Assembly: GCA_963668565.2 (NCBI GenBank) | Contig: CAXXMX010000006.1 | Span: 1 to 24,000 of the forward strand | DNA: 24,000 nucleotides | Direction of reading: 5' to 3' | From: Acidimicrobiales bacterium | GTDB taxonomy: Bacteria > Actinomycetota > Acidimicrobiia > Acidimicrobiales > CATQHL01 | Notes under the pieces: model-generated | The model's input: only the letters and a program-made list of their open reading frames with translations | The model's database searches: none | What the model was told of the DNA's origin: nothing | Part shown: positions 1 to 7,476 of the stretch, piece by piece | How the letters are laid out: each line of letters opens with the position of its first letter | How positions within the stretch are numbered: the first letter of the stretch is position 1 | Made by a program: the position numbers and the translations under genes

Positions 1-330
1 CCGCTCCTAGAGTCGTTCGTCGCCAACGAGATGCACCGCCAAGCCTCGTGGCTCGACGAGGAGGTCCGACTCCATCACTTCCGCGACCGGGGCGGCGCCG
101 AGATCGACATGATCGCCGAGGCTGCCGACGGCCGCTTCGTGGCCGTGGAGGTCAAGTCCGCGCCGCTCGTGGATCGGCGCGACGCCCGCCACCTCGAATG
201 GCTCCGCAACAGGGCACCAGACGACTTCGTGTGCGGCGTCGTCCTGCACACCGGCGATCGTGCCTACCGCCTGGGAGACCGCCTGCTGGCATTACCCATA
301 TCCCGCCTGTGGACCGCCCCAGCGGACTGA
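1..330 (+). CDS. DUF4143-domain protein, C-terminal part of an AAA-type ATP-binding protein; 5' end lies outside the window
   Basis: Frame 1 is open from base 1 (PLLESFVANEMHRQASWLDEEVRLHHFRDRGGAEIDMI...VAVEVKS...) to TGA at 328-330. The LxxxFVANE, HFRD..G.EID and VxVEVK pattern is what I recognise from DUF4143 family C-termini. GC3 is high. Confidence 0.7.
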   Translation, partial: PLLESFVANEMHRQASWLDEEVRLHHFRDRGGAEIDMIAEAADGRFVAVEVKSAPLVDRRDARHLEWLRNRAPDDFVCGVVLHTGDRAYRLGDRLLALPISRLWTAPAD

Positions 331-735
331 GTCGCACTGATCGTGTCGACCAGCCGCTCGGCGCGTTGGCCGCGCACAGTCGCCCTGGCCCGTGTTCCGC
401 CCTGAATCGCGCTGGCTTCGTTGGAGGCTCCCGAGCCTGGTGGCGAGAATGGAGCTGTGGCTGCAAGCGGCAGGTCGGGAAAGTCGTCGTTGCGTCACTA
501 CTGAGAGTCGCTTCGGTCAGTTCGCGATTGTGAGTCTCCCTAAATCGTGATCAGAGAGGCTCGGAAATCGCGATTGAAGTGCGGACAATATCGCGAGTAG
601 CGGCTGCGGTAAGACGTGGACCGGCAGGCACCATGCCCGTAGCGAGGTGCCGTTCGACGCCGTCTTCGAGAACCGCCTCGCCGCGCAGATCGCCCCGAGG
701 GAACTTGTGGGTGCCGAAAACTGTGTCGTGGCTGG

Positions 736-1786
736 TCAGGCGGCATTTCGGTACTCGTTGATGAGTCCACCACAGCGGGCCGTTCTAACGACTTGGAGGT
801 GTCTATCTGGCTGGTCTGGTGGGTCGGTGGCGACGGGTGGTCGCTGATCGAGCGAACGGTGGGGCCGGTGCGTGTTGTAATGATCGATGTAGTCGACGAC
901 AAGCTTGTTGAGTTGGCGGCGGTTCCAGATGATGGTGCGGTCGAGGAGCTCGCGTCGCAGGGTGCCGATCCAGCGTTCGGCGAACGCGTTCGCCACGGGG
1001 GTGCGTACAGGTGTCTTGAGGATCTTCATACGTTCGGTTCTGAAGATCTCGTCGAAGGCGTCGATGAACTGGCTGGCGCGGTCGCGCACGAGCGCCTGGG
1101 CGTCGGCGAGTTGGTGGCCGTATTGGAGCAGCAGGTTCCGGGCGCCTTGGGTGACCCACACGCCGCTGGGGTGGTCCGTGACCCCTGCGAAGTACACGGT
1201 TCGGGTGGGGATGTCGATGCACAACAGCAGGTAGAACCTGCGCAGCGTGACGGTTTCGATGGTGGCGACGTCGCAGGCGACAGCGGCCTGGGACCGCAGG
1301 AACTGCGACCAGGTGACTTCGGAGCGTGTGGGGGCGGGGTCGATTCCGGCGTTGTTGAGGATCTCCCCAGACCGTGGACGCAGCGAGGCGGTGGCCGAGC
1401 CCGGCGAGTTCGCCCTGGACGCGGCGGTATCGCCAGGTTGGATTCTCGGCTGCGAGGCGCAGCGCGAGTCGGCGAAGCTTCGCTGAGGTCGATGGCCGGC
1501 CCGGCGGTCGCTGTGGTTGAGTCCAGTGCCCGGCGATGCGGCGCCGGTGCCAACGCAACAGCGTGTCGGGGGTGACCAGCCACCCGGCTCGGCTCGGTCG
1601 CGGTAGCGCGGCCGCGATCGCCCCGAGCAAGCTCCGGTCGGCGTCGGTGATCTCGGGTCGGTCGACCTGTCGGCGCAGCACGCCGAGTTGGTGGCGCAAC
1701 ACGATGATCTCGAGGTCCTTCGAGCGGCCTGACCGCACAGTGAGCCGAGCCAGTGACGCCAGGAATCGGTACAAGATTCGGTACAC
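736..1786 (-). pseudogene. rve-type DDE integrase/transposase gene broken by a single +1 frameshift
   Basis: The N-terminal 140 aa (GTG 1786; MYRILYRFLASLARL...DLEIIVLRHQLGVLRRQ...ENPTWRYRRVQGELAGLGHRLAASTVW) are in the frame of ORF 803..1786. The rest (EILNNAGIDPAPTRSEVTWSQFLRSQAAVACDVATIETVTLRRFYLLLCIDIPTR...HYNTHRPHRSL...) is in the frame of ORF 736..1809. The two join at ...TGG G GAG ATC..., meaning one extra C in the plus-strand C-run 1365-1368. Homologs are single-ORF proteins reading STVWEIL. Confidence 0.85.
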
Positions 1787-2115
1787 GACGAATCAGCATC
1801 GGCCCGCATCGCGGCAGGTCAACGACCACGGCCGAGTTTCCGGCACCCACGTGTGTCCTGAAGGGAAGTGATGACGATGTAGAAGATCGTCGGCACGATC
1901 CGTGCTGTGCCAGTGATGGAGGTAGGTCCTCCGGGGTCGCCGTGCAGGCGGAGATTCCAAACCACCGCAGGCTGCGTCGGTCAAGAGCCGGGGTGGTGAG
2001 CGCTGCGGTTGACGTCTCGCTGTGAGCGGGGCGGGTGTGCGATGAGAAGACGAACATGTGTGAACCACTGCTGACGCATCGAAACGAAATAACGATGGCA
2101 TCGAAACTGGGATCT

Positions 2116-2122
2116 GTGGGTG
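2116..2122 (+). other. Candidate EBS1 of the group II intron
   Basis: GTGGGTG sits in the loop of the hairpin CTGGGA-tctGTGGGTGg-TCCCGG (2107-2129). It is the exact complement of exon bases 1844-1850 (CACCCAC), directly 5' of the proposed splice site. Confidence 0.6.
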
Positions 2123-2381
2123 GTCCCGGGACAAAGGCTCGCTGCGGTGGGCCCTCAGTCGGGGAGCTGCCTGTATGTGGCCCCGGCGGTGCCCGGTGTA
2201 TAGGTGGCGTGAGCTCATCGCAGGCGCTGGCATGGAACAGGAGAACCTGTCGCCCCGATAGAGACGGCTGGTGTTATTGGCCGCGAGAGGGAGAACCACA
2301 AGCAGCGGACACTGCGAGTGCGAGAGTACCGATGCGGGGCACAGGGGCGGACCGGCCCGTAGTAGCGGTGAGGGCCCTGTA

Positions 2382-3728
2382 ATGGGGTCGGAGCGAAGGG
2401 GCCGGGCAGTTCACGGTCGTTTGGAGGTCAACCCTTCGGGGGAGGAGCCGACAGATCGACCGAGGCAGAAGAAGTTGAAGTCGTTTGAGATTCCGAAGCG
2501 TCTCGTTTTCGAGGCGTGGAAGAAGGTCCGAGCGAACAGTGGAGCGCCGGGCGTGGACGCTGTGAGCATCGACGATTTCGCAGCCGACGAGGTGAACAAC
2601 CTCTACAAGCTGTGGAATCGGATGTCTTCGGGGAGCTATTTCCCGGGGCCGGTGCGAGCGGTTGAGATACCGAAAGATCATGGGGCCGGGGTCAGGGTTC
2701 TCGGTGTGCCGAATGTGGCAGACCGGGTGGCTCAGACCGCGGCAGCGATGCTGCTGGAAGAGAAGCTTGAGCCGATCTTCCACCCCGACAGCTACGGATA
2801 CCGGCCTGGGCGAAGCGCCCACGACGCGTTGGCCGTGGCTCGTAAGCGTTGTTGGAACAAGGACTGGGTGCTCGATCTCGATGTCCGGGCCTTCTTCGAC
2901 AGCGTTCGCCATGATCTGCTCATGAAGGCGGTCGCTCACCACACCGACGAGCGTTGGGTGCTGCTCTACATCGAACGGTGGCTCAAAGCCCCCATGACGA
3001 TGCGAGACGGAACCACCGCGCCACGAGAGAGGGGAACCCCACAAGGATCTCCGATCTCGCCGCTGCTCGCGAACCTCTTCATGCACTATGCGTTCGACAA
3101 GTGGATGGACCGGGAAAACTCCCGCTGTCCGTTCGAGCGTTACGCGGATGATGTGGTCATCCACTGCGACACCGAGCAACAGGCCCAACAACTCTGCGCC
3201 GACCTCGCTGAGCGGCTCGGGTCCCTGGGCCTTGAGCTGCATCCCGACAAGACGAAGATCGTGTACTGCAAAGACACGAAGCGCCGTGATGAGGCGGAGC
3301 ACACCAGCTTCGACTTTCTCGGCTACACCTTCCGGGGTCGCCTGGCCCGTGGCCGACGAGGCTTCTTCGTGAGCTTCTCACCAGCCATGAGCCCCAAGGC
3401 GAAGAAGGCGATCGGCAAACAGATCAGGGACTGGCACCTCAACCGTCGCAGTGCAACGGACCTCGCCGGACTCGCCGGGGCCATCAACGCCCAGGTCCGA
3501 GGCTGGTTCAACTACTACGGGGCCTTCTACCGCTCCGAGTTGTATGCCATCGCAGCGCGCATCGACGAACATCTCGTCCGATGGGCGATGCAGAAGTTCA
3601 AACGATTGCGAGGCCAACCCACCAAAGCGTGGAGATGGCTCGACGCTGCCCGTCAGCGCGAGCCACAACTCTTCGCTCACTGGCACCTCGTTGCTTCAAC
3701 CCCACGCCGGACTGTGGGAGCCGTATGA
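2382..3728 (+). CDS. Group II intron reverse transcriptase/maturase (RT domains 0-7 plus X/maturase; no DNA-binding or endonuclease domain)
   Basis: Motifs present: GAPGVDAVSIDDF, RAVEIPKDHGAGVRVLGVPNVADRVAQ, SYGYRPGRSAHDAL, DLDVRAFFDSV, GTPQGSPISPLLANLFMH, the catalytic YADD (RYADDVVIHC), LHPDKTKIV, FLGYTF, and the X domain RGWFNYYG. ATG 2382 lies in a DIVa-like hairpin (ACAGGG...CCCTGT, 2341-2380). An alternative TTG start at 2475 would give MKSFEIPK... The 2271 start in the track is probably too far upstream. Confidence 0.9.
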   Translation: MGSERRGRAVHGRLEVNPSGEEPTDRPRQKKLKSFEIPKRLVFEAWKKVRANSGAPGVDAVSIDDFAADEVNNLYKLWNRMSSGSYFPGPVRAVEIPKDHGAGVRVLGVPNVADRVAQTAAAMLLEEKLEPIFHPDSYGYRPGRSAHDALAVARKRCWNKDWVLDLDVRAFFDSVRHDLLMKAVAHHTDERWVLLYIERWLKAPMTMRDGTTAPRERGTPQGSPISPLLANLFMHYAFDKWMDRENSRCPFERYADDVVIHCDTEQQAQQLCADLAERLGSLGLELHPDKTKIVYCKDTKRRDEAEHTSFDFLGYTFRGRLARGRRGFFVSFSPAMSPKAKKAIGKQIRDWHLNRRSATDLAGLAGAINAQVRGWFNYYGAFYRSELYAIAARIDEHLVRWAMQKFKRLRGQPTKAWRWLDAARQREPQLFAHWHLVASTPRRTVGAV

Positions 3729-3790
3729 CGGGAGACTGTCACGTACGGTTCTAAGAGAGCGGGAGGGGGAGGTTCCCTCCCGCCACTCAC
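3718..3790 (+). ncRNA. Group II intron catalytic domain V (3718-3751) and domain VI (about 3757-3788)
   Basis: Domain V is GAGCCGTATGACGG-GAGA-CTGTCACGTACGGTTC. It has the AGC triad, a two-helix 34-nt hairpin and a GNRA loop, matching the conserved domain V consensus. Domain VI is GAGCGGGAGGG-ggaggtt-CCCTCCCG-CCA-CTC, with an unpaired A at 3785 as the branch-point candidate. Confidence 0.85.
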
Positions 3791-3812
3791 CAAGGCGGGT
3801 AAGCGCCTGCGC

Positions 3813-4058
3813 GTGACTGCGACAGCCCGTGGCTCGACGGTGGAGGTGGAGTTCGCCAGCGGCCCAACCGGCGCGGAGAATCTGGAGGACCGGATCGCGC
3901 TCCTGGCCGACCCGGAGTCCGACATGTCCGAACTCGAGATCGAACGCGACGTGTCGCTGCGGCTTCTCCGGCACCACGCGACCACGGTGAACCACCGGCA
4001 GTACAACGAGGCCGAGATCATCACCGCCGTCGTCACCGTCGACGGGGACGGCAACTAG
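3813..4058 (+). CDS. Hypothetical small protein (81 aa), no family recognised
   Basis: GTG start. GC3 is very high through VTATARGSTVEVEFASGPTGAENLEDRIALLADPESDMSELEIERDVSLRLLRHHATTVNHRQYNEAEIITAVVTVDGDGN, ending at TAG 4056-4058. The frame stays open back to 3729, across the intron 3' end, so the true N-terminus is unclear. Confidence 0.45.
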   Translation: MTATARGSTVEVEFASGPTGAENLEDRIALLADPESDMSELEIERDVSLRLLRHHATTVNHRQYNEAEIITAVVTVDGDGN

Positions 4059-4142
4059 TCCGCCGCCTGCCGTGCCCGCTGAGCGGCGCCAACCGGCGCG
4101 GTGCGGCCGAGCACGGACGCGGCTCGGTGACCCCCGGTGCGT

Positions 4143-5000
4143 TCAGATCGTGGCGGTGAGGAGATCGGAGGCGACGACGACGGTCCCGGTGTAGCCACCG
4201 GAGCGAACGTCGGCGGCGAGCGCTGCGGTGTCGTCGGGTCCCTCGGGGGCCGGCATGAGGTGCGTGAGCACCAATTGCGCGACCCCGGCACGGGCGGCCA
4301 GCGCTCCGAGCGTCGGCGCCTCGGCGTGGAGTTGGGCGAGTTTCTCCACGCGCCGTGCCGGCAGCCCCAACTCGAGCAACTTGGCGCTGCGCAGCACCTC
4401 GTGCACCAAGATGTCGGCCCCGGTGGCGAGACGTTCGACGGCATCGCATGCCCGGGTGTCGCCGGAGATCACCACGACGCCGTCGGGAGTGGTGAATCGG
4501 TAGGCCACCGCAGGCCTGACGCCGCCGTGCTCGACGAGGACCGACTCGACGAGCACGGCGCCGAACGTTGCGACCTTCGTCGGCGTCTGCTGCGGCTCGA
4601 AGGGGTGCACGGCGGGATCGGGTCGATCGGGGAAGCCGGCCAGACCGATGCGCGCCTCGATGTCCGGTTGCAGGTTGTCGAACAGCGACTCGACGAAGTC
4701 GACGGCATGACCGGCGGGGCAATGGATCGGTAGTGCGGGGCAGGGACGCTCCCCGTTGCGAATCCACCGGGTCAGCACCAGATCAGCGATCCCCATGAGG
4801 TGGTCGCTGTGGTGATGGGTGATGACCAGGCCCGCCAACTCGGTGATGTCGACGCCGGCCTCAGTGAGGCGGAACGTGGTTGCGGGGCCGGCATCGACCT
4901 GGATCAGCGTTCCGTCGTGGCGCACCAGCGCGCCCGCCCCGGCGCGGCCCGGCGATGGCAGCGGAATGCCGCTGCCGGTGATCATCACGTCTGTCGCCAT
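4143..5000 (-). CDS. MBL-fold metallo-hydrolase (RNase Z/ElaC-like)
   Basis: MATDVMITGSGIPLPSPGRAGAGALV...LIQVDAG, the HxHxDH motif in LVITHHHSDHLMG, then ISGDT and LVLTHL. ATG 5000 is preferred over the track's GTG 5012, because the GTG would overlap the IS inverted repeat. Confidence 0.85.
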   Translation of the reverse strand: MATDVMITGSGIPLPSPGRAGAGALVRHDGTLIQVDAGPATTFRLTEAGVDITELAGLVITHHHSDHLMGIADLVLTRWIRNGERPCPALPIHCPAGHAVDFVESLFDNLQPDIEARIGLAGFPDRPDPAVHPFEPQQTPTKVATFGAVLVESVLVEHGGVRPAVAYRFTTPDGVVVISGDTRACDAVERLATGADILVHEVLRSAKLLELGLPARRVEKLAQLHAEAPTLGALAARAGVAQLVLTHLMPAPEGPDDTAALAADVRSGGYTGTVVVASDLLTATI

Positions 5001-5011
5001 GGCCAGTGACA

Positions 5012-5033
5012 CTAGATGATTAGTTCCAAGGGG
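5012..5033. repeat. IS982 terminal inverted repeat (end downstream of the transposase gene)
   Basis: Read directly from the sequence. Its reverse complement matches 6064-6085 at 21 of 22 positions. Confidence 0.85.
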
Positions 5034-5942
5034 TCAGTGGTCGTAGGCGAGTAGGGAGCGGGCGGGGCCTGGTTGTTGGGTGGTTTGGTTGTGCCAGATT
5101 GTGGCGGTGAGGGCGAGGAGTCGTTGTAGGACGCGCGCGGCGACGCCGGCGGGGGTGCGCCCGCCGTGGCGTTCGAGGCCGAGTTGGGCTTTGAGGGTCT
5201 GGTTGACCGATTCGATGATCTGGCGGAACGGCCGCAGGAACGCCCGGCCCGCTCGGGTGGGTTCTGTTTTGGTGGCGGGTCGGATGAGGGTGATGCCCGC
5301 GTTGTTGAGTTGGGCTTCGAAGGCGGCGCTGCGGTAGCCCACCTCGGCGATGAGGGTCTGGCCCCGCCGGGCGACGCCGGCGTGGGCGATCATGTCCCAA
5401 CAGACGTCGCGCTCGTCGGCTTTCGCGCCGGCGAGGGCGAAGGTGATGGGCAGGCCCGACGGGGTTGTTATGAGGTGCAGGCGCAGGCCCCAGAAATAGC
5501 GGGAGTGCGAGGCGCTGTAGCCGTAGGTGGCCCATCCGGGCCGCTCAGAGCGCTTTTGGGTCTCGCGGCTGCGCCCGCACTCCACGGGCGTGGAGTCCAC
5601 GAGCCAGACGTCGTCGTGCCAGGACGCGCAGGCGCGTGCGAGGCAGGCCATCACGTGCTTGATCAGTTCGCCGCTGCGGCGCAGACGCTTGTTGTAGCCG
5701 GGCCGCGGGGGCACGTAAGGAAACCACGGCGTCAGGTGTGCTTTGGCGTAGCGCACGAAACGGGCCTCAGAGTCGAACCCCAACAAAGCCTGCAACACCG
5801 CCAGAGAAACCAGCTCCGCATCAGACAGTTCCGGGGCGATACCCACCGCGGGCCGCGGCGGCGCCCACTGCGGGTGCGCCACCAACAAGTCATCAATCGT
5901 CACATAAAGTGCCGTCGCGAGGGTGTCCAAGTCCGGGTTCAT
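5034..5942 (-). CDS. IS982-family DDE transposase
   Basis: MNPDLDTLATALYVTIDDLL...LSDAELVSLAVLQALLGF...WLVDSTPVECGRS...YGYSASHSRYFWGLRLHLI...ADERDV...LIAEVGYRS...RQIIESVNQTLK. ATG 5942 is preceded by GGAGGA. The longer 6035 start in the track is unlikely. Confidence 0.85.
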   Translation of the reverse strand: MNPDLDTLATALYVTIDDLLVAHPQWAPPRPAVGIAPELSDAELVSLAVLQALLGFDSEARFVRYAKAHLTPWFPYVPPRPGYNKRLRRSGELIKHVMACLARACASWHDDVWLVDSTPVECGRSRETQKRSERPGWATYGYSASHSRYFWGLRLHLITTPSGLPITFALAGAKADERDVCWDMIAHAGVARRGQTLIAEVGYRSAAFEAQLNNAGITLIRPATKTEPTRAGRAFLRPFRQIIESVNQTLKAQLGLERHGGRTPAGVAARVLQRLLALTATIWHNQTTQQPGPARSLLAYDH

Positions 5943-6063
5943 GCCAAGGTCCTCCAGGATCGGGGGCGGTTTCACCTCCCGATCTTGGACACCCTCAACC
6001 ACCCAGCGGCGGACCCCCCGCTCGCACCACCACACCGCCGACTTGGCCGACCCCCCGCTCGCA

Positions 6064-6085
6064 CCCCTTGGAACTACTCATCTAG
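6064..6085. repeat. IS982 terminal inverted repeat (end upstream of the transposase gene)
   Basis: Partner of 5012-5033. It overlaps the second copy of a 17-bp subterminal direct repeat, GACCCCCCGCTCGCACC (6012-6028 and 6049-6065). Confidence 0.85.
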
Positions 6086-6165
6086 AAGACCGTCACGTGG
6101 CTGCGGCCGTGCCACGAGGTCGGATACCGCAGTCCGCTGAACACCGCGGCACTACCGTTAGCGCC

Positions 6166-7476
6166 ATGGCCGGTTCCGAGACGGCGGCGACTCAGGAACT
6201 CCGCGCGCTCGACCCGTCCCTCGAGCGCCGGTTCGTCCGTCTGACCGACCGGGTGTTCGTCGCCGCCGGGTACGGCGGGTCGACGTTCTCCTTCGTGGTC
6301 GGTGATACCGGCATCGTCGCCGTCGACGCGGGCAGCGCGCCGGGCCCGGCGGCGGAGGCGATCGCCGAGCTCAAGCGATACAGCGACCTGCCCATCGTTG
6401 GGCTCGTCTACACCCACGGGCACATCGACCACACCCACGGGGCGATCGCGTTCGTCGAAGAGAACCCCGACATCGAGATCTGGGCGATCAAGCCGTTCGG
6501 CACCGAGGCACGAACGCTGGCTCGAAACCGTGCCGAGATCGCGGCCACGCGGGCGCTCCGGCACTTCGGGATCATGCTCCCCCCTGACAAGACGATCAAC
6601 ACCGGGGTCGCCCCGCCTGCTGCACCCGAGGACATCCCCGCGTCGATCGATCTCGACCGACGGATACTCCCGACGAGGAGATTCAAGCGAAGCGCCACCA
6701 TCCGGCTGGGTGGGATCTCACTCGACGTGACGCACAACCCCGGCGAGACGGACGACCAGGTGCTCGTCTGGTTCGAGGCCGAACGGGTCGCCTTCGCCGG
6801 CGACAACATGTACCGCTCGTGGCCAAACCTGTACGCCATCCGGGGTACCCAGTACCGCGACGTCCGCACCTGGTGTGAGTCGATCGACCGGATCCGTGCT
6901 CTGCAGCCCGAACACCTCGTGCTCGGCCACACGTTGCCGTTCAGCGGAGCCGCCGAGGTCGACGAGGCGCTGGACGTTTACAGCCGGGGGCTGTGGCACG
7001 TGTACAACGCGACCATCGACGGAATGAACGCCGGGAAGACGCCCGATGAGCTGGTGCACGAGGTGCGGCTTCCCGACGAACTTGCCGCTCACCCGCTGCT
7101 GCGCGAGTACTACGGCAACGTCAGCTGGTCGGTGCGCGCCATCTTCGCCGGCGTGCTTGGCTGGTTCGACGGCAACCCCACGACCCTGAACCCGCTGCAT
7201 CCTGCCGACCGCGCAGGGCGGATCGCGGATCTCCTCGGAGGCCCCGATGTGCTGTTCACCGAAGCGGCGGCCGCTCTGGGTGCCGGCGAGGCGCAGTGGG
7301 CGGCCGAACTCTGCGACATGCTGGACGCGCTTGACTTCCGGCCGGCCGAGGTGGCTGCGCTGAAAGCCGAAGCCCTCGACGAGATCGCCTACAACCTCCT
7401 CACCACGTCCGGCCGCAACTACCTCCACACCTACGCACAGGAACTTCGCTCGTCTGTTGAAGGCGATGAGCGGTAG
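6166..7476 (+). CDS. Alkyl/aryl-sulfatase-like MBL hydrolase (MBL domain plus alkyl-sulfatase dimerisation domain; no SCP2 tail), paralog 1
   Basis: MAGSETAATQELRALDPSLERRF..., HxHxDH in VYTHGHIDHTHG, then NPGETDDQVLVWF, NMYRSWPNLYAIRG, VLGHTLP, YYGNVSWSVRAIFAGVLGWFDGNPTTLNPL and GEAQWAAELCDML. The 5923 start in the track lies inside the IS. ATG 6166 matches the N-terminus of paralog 2. Confidence 0.85.
   Translation: MAGSETAATQELRALDPSLERRFVRLTDRVFVAAGYGGSTFSFVVGDTGIVAVDAGSAPGPAAEAIAELKRYSDLPIVGLVYTHGHIDHTHGAIAFVEENPDIEIWAIKPFGTEARTLARNRAEIAATRALRHFGIMLPPDKTINTGVAPPAAPEDIPASIDLDRRILPTRRFKRSATIRLGGISLDVTHNPGETDDQVLVWFEAERVAFAGDNMYRSWPNLYAIRGTQYRDVRTWCESIDRIRALQPEHLVLGHTLPFSGAAEVDEALDVYSRGLWHVYNATIDGMNAGKTPDELVHEVRLPDELAAHPLLREYYGNVSWSVRAIFAGVLGWFDGNPTTLNPLHPADRAGRIADLLGGPDVLFTEAAAALGAGEAQWAAELCDMLDALDFRPAEVAALKAEALDEIAYNLLTTSGRNYLHTYAQELRSSVEGDER

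Larger units (their letters stand above)
1851..3790 (+). mobile_element. Group II intron, apparently full length (about 1.94 kb), with an En-less RT/maturase ORF in domain IV
   Basis: The 5' end reads GTGTG at 1851-1855 (GUGYG consensus). The last 7 nt of the upstream exon, CACCCAC (1844-1850), are perfectly complementary to GTGGGTG (2116-2122), which sits in an 11-nt hairpin loop about 265 nt into the intron, the usual EBS1 position. The region upstream of the ORF has lower GC and many GAAA-type loops. The RT ORF runs 2382-3728, domain V 3718-3751, and domain VI has a bulged A at 3785. The 3' end is about 3790 (..CAC), uncertain by a few nt. Confidence 0.8.
5012..6085 (-). mobile_element. 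IS982-family insertion sequence (about 1.07 kb)
   Basis: Terminal inverted repeats are CTAGATGATTAGTTCCAAGGGG (5012-5033) and CCCCTTGGAACTACTCATCTAG (6064-6085), matching at 21 of 22 positions. They bracket a single DDE transposase ORF. The outer CTAG is palindromic, so it could be either the IR tips or a 4-bp target duplication. Confidence 0.85.

Noticed and set aside
578-736. Plus-strand reading ..SSGCGKTWTGRHHARSEVPFDAVFENRLAAQIAPRELVGAENCVVAG.., with a P-loop-like GCGKT, as a remnant of an ATPase gene
   Set aside because: It is short, has no start codon and runs into the integrase coding region. The GxGKT resemblance alone is weak, and I could not match it to a family. It is left uncalled.
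736-1809. Programmed ribosomal frameshift in the integrase gene (IS3-style orfA/orfB)
   Set aside because: Homologs of this protein are single ORFs reading straight through ..STVWEIL... The shift is a +1 extra base inside a G/C run in the middle of a domain. There is no A-AAA-AAG-type slippery site or downstream structure.
2037-2041. GTGCG at 2037 as the intron's 5' end
   Set aside because: It would leave only about 345 nt for domains I-III. No complement of the preceding exon bases (GGGCGGG) is found in the intron. By contrast, GTGTG at 1851 gives a normal-sized 5' region of ~530-620 nt and a perfect 7-nt EBS1-IBS1 match. The boundary remains unproven without structural modelling.
2271-3728. 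The reverse transcriptase as a retron, DGR or other defence-associated RT
   Set aside because: A canonical group II domain V and domain VI follow the ORF directly. The protein has the maturase X domain (RGWFNYYG). No template/variable repeat pair or msr/msd-like structure is evident.
4059-4142. Intrinsic terminators in the convergent intergenic regions 4059-4142 and 8774-8812
   Set aside because: Only short (5-6 bp) GC stems are present, with no U-tracts. This is insufficient to call.
5923-6165. N-terminal extension of the first sulfatase-like ORF (track start 5923), and the 6035 start of the transposase ORF
   Set aside because: The extension lies inside the IS element and crosses its inverted repeat. 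The paralog's N-terminus (MSGSETAAT...) supports ATG 6166. The transposase has a good GGAGGA-ATG at 5942 and the family-typical MNPDLD... start.
7457-7465. TTG 7457 as the start of the second sulfatase-like gene
   Set aside because: ATG 7466 gives an N-terminus (MSGSETAAT..) colinear with paralog 1 (MAGSETAAT..). The three extra codons have no support.
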